Shown piece by piece: positions 11,267 to 25,321 of a DNA stretch of 64,000 bases. Under the pieces are notes generated by a model. That model saw only the letters and a list, made by a program, of their open reading frames with translations, was not told the origin of the DNA and did not search any database. Origin of the DNA: Octopus sinensis (Eukaryota); assembly GCF_006345805.1 (NCBI RefSeq), contig NC_043004.1, forward strand, positions 10,726,001-10,790,000. The letters are read 5' to 3'. The position numbers and the translations under genes are program-made. Numbering within the stretch: the stretch's first letter is position 1; the number at the start of each line of letters is the position of its first letter.

Positions 11267-13047
11267 AGTAAATACGTACACTGACTCTGTCTTACACACA
11301 CACACACACACTCTCTCTCTCTCTCTCATACATACATACATACATACATACAATGACATATGTAACACTGCCTAAATACCAATGCTGAGAAATTAGACTT
11401 CTCAAAACCAGAAAGGAGAAAGCTAATTCGAAGACTACAGATCCAATCCATCACTGGAACTGTAAAAAATCTGTAAAACTTTTCAGAAGTTTATCAAATA
11501 TATATGAACATGTCTGGTTATGCAACTATATGCATGAGAATACATAAAACAAAACATACAAAATTACCATGTTGATATTAAAATTCCAATGAAGCAGCCT
11601 TGGATCTAGGTCAAAAGCCGGCTCTTTTTCTATTGGCAAGAAATCTTTAAATATAGCAGCATAATAACATGTATGTATGTATGATGTGTGTCTCTTCTAT
11701 TTTTTAATTATTATAAATCTTCAACTGAGGAGGGACCGGTTTCCAACATATATAGAATGTTCCATCTTTGGGATCTAGTTAACAGAGACAAATTCACATT
11801 TGGAACTTGAATAAAGTCGTGAATATTTTTAGAGTTACACTCACAGATTGGACCTGTAATGTAAAAATCAGCCGGTCAATATGTATTTATGCATGTATGT
11901 ATGTAAGAAACTAGTTAAAAATAATACTCATTACATATTATTCCTTTATTGGGGCAAAATTTGGCTTACAGCCGTTTCCACTACTCATTATAGGTAAATA
12001 AAATATGATTTTCCTCAATTGGTCTATTGATCAGTTGAGGCGAATTGAACGATATATGTACATATATATATACACAACGGCTCACGAACTGATACACGCA
12101 GAATCACGAATGTATACACTGGACTTGCGAGCCTACAGTAATATTAAATTCGTGTGGAAGCCTTATTATGTGATATTAGTTCTGGCTGAAATATCAGCCA
12201 AATCATCGTCAAATCATATCTTACTCTCTTGATAAATTAACACAGCACCTCATATTATATATTGTCGTATTATATATTGTCGTATTATATATTGTCGTAT
12301 GATATATAGTTTTCTGCACAAACGGAACAGGCTGGATTGATTTTGATCACAGTTGAGTTCAGTTAGGTCTTACCTTGGGCTAAACTACAACAGAAGCAGC
12401 AATGTTGCTGTAAAAAAAACAAATGACATCTTCAGCTCGCACAGTCACCCATACGTACACATACATACACATATACATACACACATACAACACACACTCA
12501 CACAAGGTTTCACTTACACACGCACACACATACATACACACACACGCAAACACACATAGAGTGTCTCACTTACACACCACACACACACGCTCGCAGTCAT
12601 TCAGTTTCGCGTGCACGCAATCATGAAGATAATGTACACGCAACCCTAACTGTACATCGGTCGTTAAAAACAACTTGATGATTCAAAGACCTTATATGAG
12701 TAATTCTTATTCTTATGGATGATTCATTCCTCCATTCATTCTTTTGTTCATTCATGCTTTCATTTGCAACTCATCGCCTTACAAGGACATTATATTTCTT
12801 AAGGCCATATCTCCTTTCACTCTTTCTCTACCATCACCTTAACCTACCTATCACCCCTACTCTCTCTCATGAGTTTTCTTCCCCCCACCTTCCTTACTCC
12901 AAGCTCCTCCTTCTGCAACCATATCACTTTGTTTTATATCAGCAATGTTTATTGAAATATCGGAAAAATGTCTTCAGTAGTAATTTAAATAGACATAAAC
13001 AGACACCAGACAGCCTGACAGAAAGACAAACACATATATATATATAT

Positions 13048-13079
<32 letters not shown>

Positions 13080-13135
13080 ATAATATATATATATAATGAA
13101 ATATCAAAGTGAGTTATATACAGTAGCGGTAACAC

Positions 13136-13471
13136 ATCGTGACGTATTTTTGCCATTATCATTGTTGGATTTCACTTTTTCAATATCAGCGACAGTGGAC
13201 GCTGGAAAGTATAAGTATTTGTGAAGGAAATCTAATTCTCGGCGACAACTATGATTGTCACACGCTGACGAGAGGTCAATACCTCGAAACTCGAGTCCGT
13301 GTGTATCATAAGTTGAAGACGGGAAGGATGACTTCCCTTTGCAAATACTGACAGGACACATATAGTGTGTCTATGGCCAGCTGGAGGAGTGTGTCCTCCT
13401 GGGGCTAAAAACTACAGTAGCATCTACCCTTAGGGGTTAGCCATATTGAAATGGCAAAAATACGTCACGAT
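13136..13471 (+). mobile_element. 336-bp element with perfect 22-bp terminal inverted repeats, carrying a hammerhead
   Basis: atcgtgacgtatttttgccatt (13136-13157) is the exact reverse complement of aatggcaaaaatacgtcacgat (13450-13471). Confidence 0.8.
13251..13309 (+). ncRNA. Type I hammerhead ribozyme, canonical core
   Basis: Stem I AUGAU-ugu-CACACG / CGUGUG-u-AUCAU. CUGACGA 13265-13271. Stem II GAGGU/ACCUC with CAAU loop. GAAA 13286-13289. Palindromic stem III ACUCGAGU. GUC triplet, predicted cleavage after 13297. Confidence 0.88.
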
Positions 13472-13486
13472 ATATATACATATATA

Positions 13487-13534
<48 letters not shown>

Positions 13535-13586
13535 ATATGTATATATATATGTATATTAATATATATATATATATATGTTATATATC

Positions 13587-13618
<32 letters not shown>

Positions 13619-14231
13619 TATATATAGGTAAACAGTAACATTAATTACAGACATGGACAAGACATGAAACACCACAGAGACACACAAGAAACCACAGGAC
13701 GGGACATTCGAAGCCCTCAGTCATCAGTCAAGAACCAGATCATCTAGCAATTTCGGCTGATTAATCTTGAGATTGCTCCGATATGGCCAGCCCGCCAAGG
13801 GAAATCTAGCCAAGCGCATTAGATCCTGGAAAAAGCTTCGAATGTCTACAACGAAAGGACGGAAAACAGATCGAAGTACACAACAAAAATACAGAATACG
13901 TGACACCAATAAGAATACAAAAACGTAAAAACAATAACGGTAAAAATAAAAAATAAACAACAAAACAAACCCGGACGTAGGACAGGGTCTTTCGACAGGA
14001 CGATTTGAGAATGGGGCTGGCTTGTGAAGTTGTGCCTAAAGGCCACGGGGAGACGAACAAATCCGTGTTGCTTCTGAGGCTGCTGAAAACGAAAGAGCGC
14101 TCAACAGCGGCTAGCTGTCACGTGAGAACAAAAGACAGGAAAAGGGACAGATGAAAAGGGAGAGAAGGTGGACGAGGGAGGAGAAGAAAGAGACAGATCG
14201 AGGGGGCTGGAGGTGAAGAGATAGAGAAACG

Positions 14232-14273
<42 letters not shown>

Positions 14274-14790
14274 ATAGATAGATAGATAGATAGATAGATT
14301 GTTTTCTACTCTAAGCACAAGGCCCGAAAACAGATTGATAGATAAATAGATAGATAGAAACATACATACGTATATACATACATATATACATATACACATG
14401 CATATATAGGCAGATATAGAAACGGGTAAGCAGCTGAATGTTTCTCGGGGGGGGGGGCTATATCGTCCTTAAAGTATGTATATATTTCGTCGCCGCCTCT
14501 CTCCTACCGTCCACACGCCGCCCGGTCCTCTTCTTGGCGTGTTTCCTGCTGGGTCTCTACCGGATTTGTCAAAGTTACTTTACTTCTTCCTTTCTGAGTA
14601 TAATCTTTATGTGTTCTTATAGACTGGAAGGAAGGAGCGAGCATAGGATGAAGAACAGAATGTGAGGAAGTAGGAGAGAGAGATATATATATAGTAGGAG
14701 AGAAAGAGAGAGAGAGAGAGAGAAAGCAGAGAGAGAGAAAAAGAAGAAATGTGATGTATGTACATGTATTTATAACATATTGTATTTATT

Positions 14791-14859
<69 letters not shown>

Positions 14860-15204
14860 TATAATATTATATATATATATATATATATAATATATATAAC
14901 ATGGTACACACACATACGCACACAAACAGATGAATATACATATACTCATGTGTGTGTGTCTGTGCATCTCTTTGTGAGGAAGACACACAGAGAAAAAGAG
15001 AGAAAAAGAGGGAGAGGGAGGGAGAGGGAAAGAGAATCTGAGAGTGTATGAGTGACACAGAGAGAGACAGAGAGAGAGAGAAAATGAGAGAGATGAAAGG
15101 AAAACGGAAGTTCTTATATGGTTAAGATGGCGGAAACTTGTATCTACGGATATCATTAGATGCAAGTTGTTTCTAATACCGAGGTTATTGCCGTTTTTGC
15201 TGTT

Positions 15205-15239
<35 letters not shown>

Positions 15240-15795
15240 TGTTGTTGTTTTTGCTGCTTTTCTTCTTCTTCTTCTTCTTCTTCTCTTCTTCTTCTTCTTC
15301 TTCTTCTTCTTCTTCTTCTTCTTGATGGTGGTGTCAACAACAAGTCACTACGGGTCGCTCATAAGTTCGTTCGTCTGTTTATGTGTTCAAAAGTTGTTAA
15401 TTGGAGAAATGTTGTTATATAACGTTTATATAAGTCAACCAGAATAAATGATTTTTTAAAACATTCTTTATTCTCCTTAATATATTTTTCGCTGCATCTC
15501 TTTTATTTTACGTCTGTTTTCATTGTTATGATATTTTTTTTAAAGAACAGGCGAGAAAAATGTTTTCTCTCCATTCATCATATATTTTGAACGCTTACAC
15601 GAAACTTGTTCTCTCATTTTTTGCGCTGCAGTCAACTTAACAATCAATCTCCTGCGACCACTTATTTCTTTCTTATTCCCAACCCTCTCTTCGCTCTCAC
15701 ACTTCTCCTCTCTCTTATCACCTCCTCTCATTGTGTCAAACCTCCACACATTCTTCTTCCCGTCTTTCCACCTCTTCTTTACTTTTTGGTTTTTT

Positions 15796-15832
15796 TTTTA
15801 TGATGAAGGATTAACTTCCGAAACGTGAAAGG
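15796..15832 (+). other. Degenerate hammerhead remnant
   Basis: ATGATGA-A-GGA-ttaact-TCC-GAAA-CGTG. C3 is lost and position 17 is G, so predicted inactive. Confidence 0.45.
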
Positions 15833-16564
15833 CCCCCTTCTCTTCCATCTCAAGCGTATTACTAATACCACCTTCGTTAAAACTTATCCACCTTATTATG
15901 GGTTTTCGTATTATTGCTCCTTCATTATAGCTCATAGGTTACATGCCTTAGAAAATTTAATATAATCCTTAGTTGATAAATATCTACGCACGAAAGCCTG
16001 CAGCTGATAATCGTTCATACATCTATGGGGCTGTAATAACTCTGGCTAATTGATTGTGTTGCTACTTTCACTACCTCTGACAGTGGATGGGATACGATGA
16101 AATCTTCCTGATACTTCAAGAAACCGAATGCTTTAGAGACGGATTTTTATCTGACGACAGTTCAACTTGCCGGAGGAAATGAAAGGTAATTTAGCATGCA
16201 AAATATAGAAACCTGTGTAAAATCACATCGTATAATGCAATGCATTTCATGGAATGAAATACTATGCTAATGAAGTATTTGTAGTGTCAATTGAATTGTT
16301 GAAATTTATCTCCATTCATTATATTTCTTGCCCACGTGGCATGTGCAGTTAATTTTCTTCCAGAGATTGCGGATGCAGCGTACCTAACATCATTAAGCAA
16401 GTCGATATTTCCTCAATCACACAAGTGACTGGTTGATATGATGAACTATTAATATTCACAAGCGTTCCTGCTGAGTAACGCAATAGCCATATACACGTTG
16501 GGTTGGTGTAGAGGTGATAAGACGATTATTAATATCTAAATTAATACATATATATAATTATATC

Positions 16565-16589
<25 letters not shown>

Positions 16590-16595
<6 letters not shown>

Positions 16596-16800
16596 AATCC
16601 AAAGATGAACAAAGAGAAAACACAACACGAGGACGTGAAACAAGCATAGTGTTATTGGACCCTCAGGAAAGGAAAGAAAGAAAGAGGATTTAACGTTTCG
16701 GTTTAACGGAGCTCTTCGTCAGAAATATAGAAAAAAGGAAAAGTCAAAGAAGAGAAGACGGATAAAGAAAATCGCCAACGATACACACGCGGTCACACAC
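16590..16800 (-). mobile_element. PLE-pLTR-like short repeat with disrupted hammerhead
   Basis: Minus 16722-16691: CTGACGA-A-GAGC-tccgttaaacc-GAAA-CGTTA. The stem II partner is disrupted. Confidence 0.55.
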
Positions 16801-16901
16801 GTATATATATGTGTGTATATATATATGTGTGTGTGTGTGTGTGCGCGTGTGTGCATGTATACATATATATGTGTGTGTGTATGTGTTTATACATATACAT
16901 A

Positions 16902-17073
16902 TGAGGGTTGCTGAATATTCGTGCCATCGGGTACAAGAAAATACAGGAGGATCAGATAATTCTGATTTTATTTAACATATCTCCCTCTCGGATACCGTAA
17001 AATAACTCGGAAGGTTGAACCTCCAACCATACCTTTCTGTATACCCTTAAAACCAGGGACTTTCAGCTCCCTC
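16902..17073. mobile_element. Mariner-derived MITE, same family as 5552-5765
   Basis: TA-tgagggttgctgaata... / ...gggactttcagctccctc degenerate TIRs. Shares aaatacaggaggatcag.taatt.tgattttatt.aacatat. Confidence 0.7.
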
Positions 17074-18719
17074 TCTTGTCTATATTTATACACATTAATT
17101 ACAAGATATAACCAACGAGTGAAAAACACGTAAACACAAGATTTATCAGTGCAGGACAAAAATACTAAAACATACACATTAAATACAGGACATCACGAGC
17201 TAGTGAAAAATACGTAAACACATAAGTAGAGACAAGTACGGGAAAACATACTAAAAGAGGTCTAACTCCTTCTTAGTTGTTGACTGTTTATTACTCCCTG
17301 TTTCGAGCTTTCAACGACAAGACAGGAAAACTTCATAAAACAGCAGCATCCAGAAATTTTAAATATATAAAAATCGTGAAGAGGTAGGGCTTCGAACGAA
17401 CAAACAACAACAGCGTGAAATTACAGAGTAAACAATGGACGTAGACAAACATTAAGAGACGTTTGGCCAAGACCAATTGTAATGGGTAACACCTGGGAGA
17501 AATTTTGAAAGGATATAGAATAAATAGGAGAAAATAGCAGAAGAAAAAAATGTCGAGATGCAAGAGAAATGACGTCTAGCTAGGTTGACGTCTGATTCAG
17601 AAAAATCAGGACCACCAAAGTTTACACACGAACCCATATAAAGAATTTTGCAAACCAAATCCAAAAACGAAATAGTATATATAAAAATATATGGAAATGA
17701 TCGTATTTAACACATACGAAAGAAGGGAACTACATCTGGGTAAATAAATATTATGTAGGTACTCAGTAGTTATCTCCTAACAACTTCAGCCCACACGGTG
17801 AAGTCTATTCTTTACTGTGAATGTTTAACTAAGTTAACTTGACGGAATACATAAAATATTAGTATTCATTGAGCTAATGAAATTTTGCATTAGCTCAATG
17901 GTTAACTAAATTAACGGTTGTTTTTTCATGCAGACGGTGTATTGTAGTAACAAGGCTATATATTTTTTTTTAACTAAAAATAGTCTTGGTTGTATGCTTC
18001 ATCTTGCTTGAATAAGAAATAAAATTCTACTTAATCGCCATGTGCATACTGCCTTCAGTGAATTTTGAGATGAGTGGAAATCCCTGGACACTAATTGTTG
18101 TTTTTGTTGTTCAATCTAAGATCAACCCCAATTCAAGGTATATAGTTCGACGGTCATCCAGACCATAGCATATTCTTTTCTATTCAGTGATGGTGTGTAG
18201 ATTCATATTATCCAATATATCCTTCATTTGTTTTTAAAGACAGGAATTAAATTGAGAATGGGATTAGTAGCTATTTCTAGTAAGCTACCTGACTGCATAG
18301 AGGTCACTGAGTGGTTTCTATTATTGTGGTGCTTCTGAGTTCTAGTGTCTTCAATTTGAAACGTGCAATCTATTCCCATATTCGGCGACTTCTTACTGTA
18401 GAGTAACGATTGATTTCTGCATGAAGCAGTAAATATATTCTGTAAAGATGGATTATTGTAGATTATATGTCTTACAGTGACAGATAATTGGCTTAATACT
18501 GTAAAGGGTTCTCCATTTCCTCGCTTATAAGAGAGAGGAAAGTAGCTGTTTCCGTCAAAGAGGCGGAATTTCGTCCAGATATTTCGTAATCTTAGGGAGG
18601 CTTACTGCCAATTCCTTATGGATAGATGTGAAAGAAATAAAATAAATATTAGGAATCTTATTTTGTCTCGTGACTAAGGCATCCATGTATGTGAGATACG
18701 AAGAAAAAATAAAAGCTCT

Positions 18720-19300
18720 TCTGGATATCTTCCAATTGGATATCATTCTTTTGCTTTTGAAATATCTCTAATACATCGACTTTTCGTTCGTTCTTGAATC
18801 ATTTAGCATCAGAAATGATGTTCTTTGTATTGTCCCATAGTGTTTCCTAAAAGGTCTCAATTCAACCTCAGTAAAACAGAGATTGTTCAATTTCGATTTA
18901 CCGATTTCACGCTGAATATCGTTTTCTTTATACTTTTCTTTCTTCTACATTTTTAATTTCATTGTTTGAGTAGGTTTGATATATCCAATCCTACTGAGTA
19001 ATTAAGCTCGTTTATCAAACCTTATTCTCTGCTGATATATAAGCTTTATAATCTCTATTGTCGTTGTTATGTTTGCATCAGTAAACGCATTCCTTTTCAG
19101 TTTTATTCAGGAAATACTCCTGTCAAGTACCAAACCAAAGTATTTTAGTATTTCGTTCGCTATCCAAATATTGTTGGATTAAAATTAAAATTGTGTAATA
19201 CTACATCAAATACTGGAACTGCTTTAACGATCTGAACTCTTTTCCAGTTTTAACCGTAGAGTTTCAACGATATCTTTGATCTCAAATGGAGAAACAGATT
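18720..19300 (-). pseudogene. Very old non-LTR RT remnant (tentative)
   Basis: Minus strand LKYFGLVLDRSIS resembles the KYLGxxLDxxLxW thumb motif. No long ORF. Confidence 0.25.
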
Positions 19301-22002
19301 AAATATTTTCTCAAACCGATTAATTAAGCTTCTCTACTCCAGAAATATTGAATTCTTGAAAATGGTTATAATCGATTATATTGACGCTACCCAGTATGTG
19401 AATGGTGAACTGTTTTATGAAGCGTAGACTGATGAAAAGTAAAGGAGAACTCAATGTAACTTGATCTCAGAATGTAAAAGGTTATGACTTAATAATGCCT
19501 ATTATTTCATCTCTCTACACGTTATACATTCCAGGATGTATATGTACACCGTAGAGAGGCCTGCTGGTGTAGTTTTTGTCTCTTCATTCACATGCCGTAT
19601 TAAAAACAATACACATCGTAGAATAATATTTGCAGTATTAACGCCTTTCGGCTTTGCTGATGCCTGTCAAAACGTGTAACCATCTGTGACATTTCTCTTA
19701 GCATTTTGAATTGCTAAAAAGGTAAATTCGACCTCGGCGATATTTGAACTCAGAACGTAACACCCAATTATACATACTCTGAGAACTCATTTGTAACCTT
19801 GCAATTGACAACACGATATCAATATTTCTGATTGATCACTTCCAAATTTTATCGAAATTAATTAAGCTTAGACAATTATCTTCTCCTTACCAAATTTAGT
19901 CAGTAATGAAAGCAATTGTCATTGTGCAGCTTTAGCTGAAAGCTCAAGAGTGACCTCAAATGTTTTTGCTATTAATATTCTAATTCAATTTGCAGAATAT
20001 CATTAAGCAAAAATTAAATAGAGATGGAGAACGTATATTGTATAGCAAAATGTGTTTCTTCAACTATTTACTTTTCCAGAGGATCTACATTTTCAACAGA
20101 TAACTGACAGATCTAATTCGCAAGATAGTATGAGATATAATCATTTTTTTTTCTGTTTTCCTATTGCTTTCTTTGAGGCGTTTTCTTTTTTCACAAGATA
20201 ATTACGTGTTGTTAGTGCGCTTTGCTGTAGGTCGCAAAGGATCATTAGAAAGTCCATATAACTGACAAATCTGTCAACGCTGGATTAAAAAGAAAATATA
20301 CAACGGCTAAGTCCGGATACATGTCTGCATGCGATGTACGATTACATTTTTGGCTTATATTTTTCTATTACAAAATACTCCATAGCTATTTCACTTCCTT
20401 TGTGAAATTCTATATACAAATGCAGTGCTGTCAACTAATGTTTTGCATCCAATTTACAATTCGTACAATGTTTTATAGTTAGTTGAGATAGCTCTTTATT
20501 GCAAATGCATAGACGGCTGGCGCCGGAGCGTCGTGCCCGTCTACCTTATGGAACACCCAATGTGTGTTATCATTTTTAAGACAGCAATGACTTTGCGAAT
20601 AATTACCGCGTTGGTAAACACTCACATGTTTGTATGTACATACGCATATGTTTGCGCACATATGCAGACAAACATGCCTCGTATATCATGCTCGCATACT
20701 CACCTACATTCACACATTCACAAGCATTCTGAAACCTTGAAGCAAGAAAGACGGCGGCAGAAAGAAACATATGAACTGATAGATGCAAGAGCCCACACCC
20801 ATTGTTATTGATACAATTAAAGACTACACCCAATTAGAACAGTTCTCTTGGCGGGAGATCGCAGTACGGTGAAACTCGATGATTCAGTTGAAATGAGGCA
20901 TATATTCAGCAACAGTTTTTATGTAATTCTCCCTCATAAGTTTGAAAATCTCAACGTTTGAATAAGTATCATTACCGGTGATGGGCCATTCCCCAAGAAA
21001 TGACGAGCAAATTAAACATAGAATAAAACGTATTCAATTGAAAAAATACTCATGGCATAAACAAAAACCTCATCCGAAGAGTTAAGTCCAGATGCTTAAA
21101 CTTAGGCAAACACTTATGAAAAAATTACGACAGCCACACATCAAGTCGAGAGAAAATTTGGACTAAAACATCCAACTATCCTCTCTAACTAAAAGACCTA
21201 GAAATATTCGAACGAAGGTGACCTCATCGACATTATGAGGAAGTTAAGATTTGATATACCTGTGTGTGTAGTGTGTAAGTATGTATGTGTGTGTGTGTGT
21301 GTGTGTGTCTGTATGAATATTTATTCACTTCCATACATATGTAGAACTTACGTATGTATTTTTTAAAATATATGCGTTCATATCTATGCATAACTTTATA
21401 TATATATATATATATACGCGTTTATGTATATAATAACATATGCACTGACACATATACTTATTCATCTTTGTGTAATTTTACATACATATATATATATTAT
21501 ATATATACACACACACACGCACACAAACACACACACACATATACATACATATACATACATATACATATATATACATATATATATCAATGATACCGTCTCA
21601 CTATGTAAATCATCAAGTGTATTGTTGTTACATATTCTTAATCTGATCTCCTAAATGTTGTTTACGTAAGTAACTCCGATGCCAAAGGTGTTGCGGCTTT
21701 CATTAATGTTGACAATGTTGTTTTGGTATTAAATGTATCACTAATGTTTTTTTTTTTTTTCGTTTTTTTTTTTTTTCATTCTATTTTGTATATTTTACAT
21801 AAAGATATGGCTGCTCTTTTTTTACTGTTGGGTATTTTTGTTGTTATTTATTTATTTATTTATTCATCTATTTATGTATTTGCTTATTCTTTTTTTTAGT
21901 TCTGGAGAGTAAGTTGAAGACTGTTGTTACTAAATCATATCTGTAAGCCATATTGACAAATAGGATTAAGTATTGTTTGCAGACGAGGTGAAACAACAAC
22001 AC

Positions 22003-22049
<47 letters not shown>

Positions 22050-22057
22050 TAATAAAA

Positions 22058-22105
<48 letters not shown>

Positions 22106-22428
22106 TAATAATAATAATAACTGCATTTCTCCCTCGTCCTCTTAGTCCTTCATTCTTTGCCGTCTTCGAATTGATCTTTATTTTTTTGCCTGTATTTCTT
22201 TATTTTTCCGTCGATGAAAATAAGTTTTACATACACAATGATTCTTTTATATTTATTCCACTTGCATTCACCACTGCATAACCACAAAACCTTACAATAA
22301 CATGAAAACTTTTACGAGCATACATACAACCTCTCAATACAATAATTCATACATACGCGCAAAAACAATTCTGTGTGTGTGTGTGTGTGTGTATTTACAC
22401 TAACAAACACACTTACATGTATATAAAT

Positions 22429-22460
<32 letters not shown>

Positions 22461-22834
22461 ACATACATACAGACACAGACACAGACACACACATACATAC
22501 ACAGAATGATATTGCTGCTGTTGTCGGAAATGGCAACTTAAAAAAAACTATGTGTATATCCTTATAGAAATGTCTTATGGTAGTGGAATAGTATTTAACT
22601 ACTATTTCTAAATTTAGGTATGTGGTGAAGCAAATTTTGCTGAACCCTAATTATAATTATGCTTATAAATTATCTATTATTATTGTATGTACTTATAGTA
22701 TATACTGTGTTTCTTAAGTTGTCAAAGTTTACATATCCTACGGTGGTTTTCTCAGTATATTCAGCTCGTTATTGAAATAGATCCTTGACTAGAAGTCAGG
22801 GGTCTACTGCAGCATGGGACAGCTTTATTGAATA

Positions 22835-23238
22835 CTAGCAGTATCGCCCGGCGTTGCTCGGGTTTGTAAGGGAAATAACTATATAAGCATTTTAGAGAGT
22901 TATAGCCAAAAAAAATAGCAAAAAAATGCATTAACAATGGAAGACAAAATGATGGTAATTTTTTTTTTAAATCGTTGACTCATCGTAGACATTTTTAGAG
23001 AGTTACATCCCTTATATAATAGCGAAAAAATGCATTAAAATGGAAAAAAATGATGGTAAATTATTTTTAAAATCGTAGACTCATCGTAGACGCGCGCTAA
23101 TACTCAGACGGGCTCGATATGAATCACGACTATAAGATACCCGAATTTGGTTAAACTGCATCGCCAAATGTGGGAGAAGTTAGGAATCTAAATCGAAGGG
23201 GACAGACACTCACACAACTACAGTTTTATATATATAGA
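22835..23238 (-). mobile_element. Non-autonomous Helitron
   Basis: Minus strand: 5' TCtatatatataaaactgtag, 3' cccgagcaacgccggg hairpin then CTAG. Inserted between A and T. Internal ~100-bp tandem duplication. Confidence 0.9.
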
Positions 23239-23422
23239 TTTTCACTGCCGTATTTAGGTTACGTACAAGATTGCGAATGTTATCTGTAATAGTCTTTATG
23301 ATCATGGACGGTTTGAAGAGTTCTTATTTACGCTACGCATATTGTTTTTACTTTGGATCTACGTTAACGGAAGCTTTTTTCATGCGTTTCGATATAAGTT
23401 TACATGTTATAAATTAGGCGTT

Positions 23423-23593
23423 GGAGTGGCTGTATGGTAAGTAGCTTGCTTACGAACCACTTGGTTCCGGGTTCAGTCGCGTTGCGTGGCACCTTGGGCA
23501 AGTGTTTTCTACTATAGCCTCGGGCCGACCAAAGCCTTATGAGTGGATTTGGTAAACGGAACGGAAACTGAAAGAAGCCCGTCGTATATATGC

Positions 23594-23646
<53 letters not shown>

Positions 23647-23895
23647 TATATACATACATACATATATGTGTGTGTGTGTATATGCTAGTGTGTTTGTCCC
23701 CCAGCATCGCTTGACAACCAATGCTGGTGTGATTACGTTCCCGTAACATAGTGGGACAGTAAAAGAGATCGATAGAATAAGTACCAGGCTTCACAAGAAT
23801 AAGCACTGGGTTCGATTAGTTCGACTAAAACCCTTCAAGGTAGTGCCCCAGCATGGCCGCAGTCAAATGACTGAAACAAAAATAAAAGAATAAAA
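23423..23895 (+). mobile_element. SINE family 1 full copy
   Basis: A-box tggctgtatggt, B-box-like gttcagtcg, CORE-like accttgggcaagtg, internal (TA)n/(TG)n, tail gcagtcaaatgactgaaac. Confidence 0.9.
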
Positions 23896-24379
23896 AATTA
23901 TTTCCTATATATTTTTACCGATGACAATGTTTTTTTCTTCTTTATTATCAAATTACTTAACTCTGGTACAATATCTGTTTCTCTAATGTAAACGTAGTGC
24001 TATTTCTCAGCAACTCACTTTATTTCGATTGACGCCTTTACACATTCTTTTGGCTTTAATCTTCATCTGTGTGACCACGCTCTTGCACAGAAGAACGAAC
24101 GGAATGGTAGGCAGGATAATGTTTTTAGAAACCTCACAATTGAAAAGCTAATTGAACTACATTACAATATGCTGATAGCTGTGTCCTAGTAGTACACATT
24201 CCAGAAATCAGCTTATCAAATTAAGGGCCTAACGTTAATATTCAACCTGAGATCCCTTGAACATGATACATTACATGAAACTCTCACATACACCCCCTTT
24301 CTCAATGAAGCAGTCAAAGATAATCAAACCCGGTCAGGAGGAACTTTTACGACCTTAGACATACATTTGCATTATTTAG

Positions 24380-24800
24380 AAGGTTCAGAGAGTTTTTCTG
24401 ATGATCTGCCGCCATATCCAGGTCCGAGACTAATGCTCAGTGTTTCAATTTTCCCTTATAGGTGTAACGGACCACTCACAACTGACACAGTATGGGACCG
24501 GAGACCTTTAGCATTCAACGTGTATCCAGAAGATTATTTCAGTTCATCGGGGAAATAAGATACAGAAAAAACATTCCGACGAACAAGAACCTGCAGCATT
24601 GAATCTATACTGGACAGGAATCTAGCGAAATGTCTCGGAGTTATAGTGTTCATATCTGACTCACGTCTCCTACATAGGATATACAAGTGGGTGATATACT
24701 TGAGATGGTTCGAATTGTGGATGAGGGACGACAATCATTCAAATGGGGCTCACATCGTTACATGCCGTTCGCTTTGGCGACTTCACTGTAGCGTAGGACA
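24380..24800 (+). pseudogene. Decayed CR1/L2-like RT C-terminal remnant (tentative)
   Basis: Peptides WDRRPLAFNV and KCLGVIV resemble W..W.L.FNV and KDLGV motifs. Frames are broken. Confidence 0.3.
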
Positions 24801-24953
24801 AGAAAATCCAATGGACAGGTACCTCTAAAGATCAAGGGAAGTGGGAAAAACTGACAGCCAGTCAGCAATAAAGCTAACCCTTCCAACTAAACATTTCTAT
24901 GTCCTACCACCTGTGCATCAACTATTTGTGTGCATCAGATATTTGTATTACAC

Positions 24954-25321
24954 TTTACTCTTTCCTCTTTTAATTGTTTCAGTCATTTGACTGTGGCCAT
25001 GGACTTATTCTTTTGTAAGCCCAGTACTTATTCTATCGGTCTCTTTTGCCGAACCGCTAAGAAACGGGGATATAAACACACCAGCATCGGTTGTCAAGCG
25101 ATGCTGGGGGGACAAACACAGACACACAAACACACACACACACATATATATATACATATATACGATAGGCTTCTTTCAGTTTCCGTCTACCAAATCCACT
25201 CACAAGGCATTGGTCGGCCCGGGGCTATAGCAGAAGTCACTTGCCCAAGGTGCCACACAGTGGGACCTAACCCAGAACCATGTGGTTTGTTAGCAAGCTA
25301 CTTACCACACAGCCACTCCTA
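24954..25321 (-). mobile_element. SINE family 1 (internal deletion in tail)
   Basis: Collinear, ends cacacagccactcc. Confidence 0.88.

Noticed and set aside
13703-13846. CTGATGA on the minus strand (13727-13721) and 12-bp inverted repeat gacattcgaagc
   Set aside because: No GAAA or proper stem II, so not counted as a hammerhead. The short inverted repeat has no further support.
20510-20543. GC-rich hairpin tagacgg...ccgtcta as a Helitron 3' end
   Set aside because: No CTRR follows and there is no 5' TC partner. A 7-bp stem can arise by chance.
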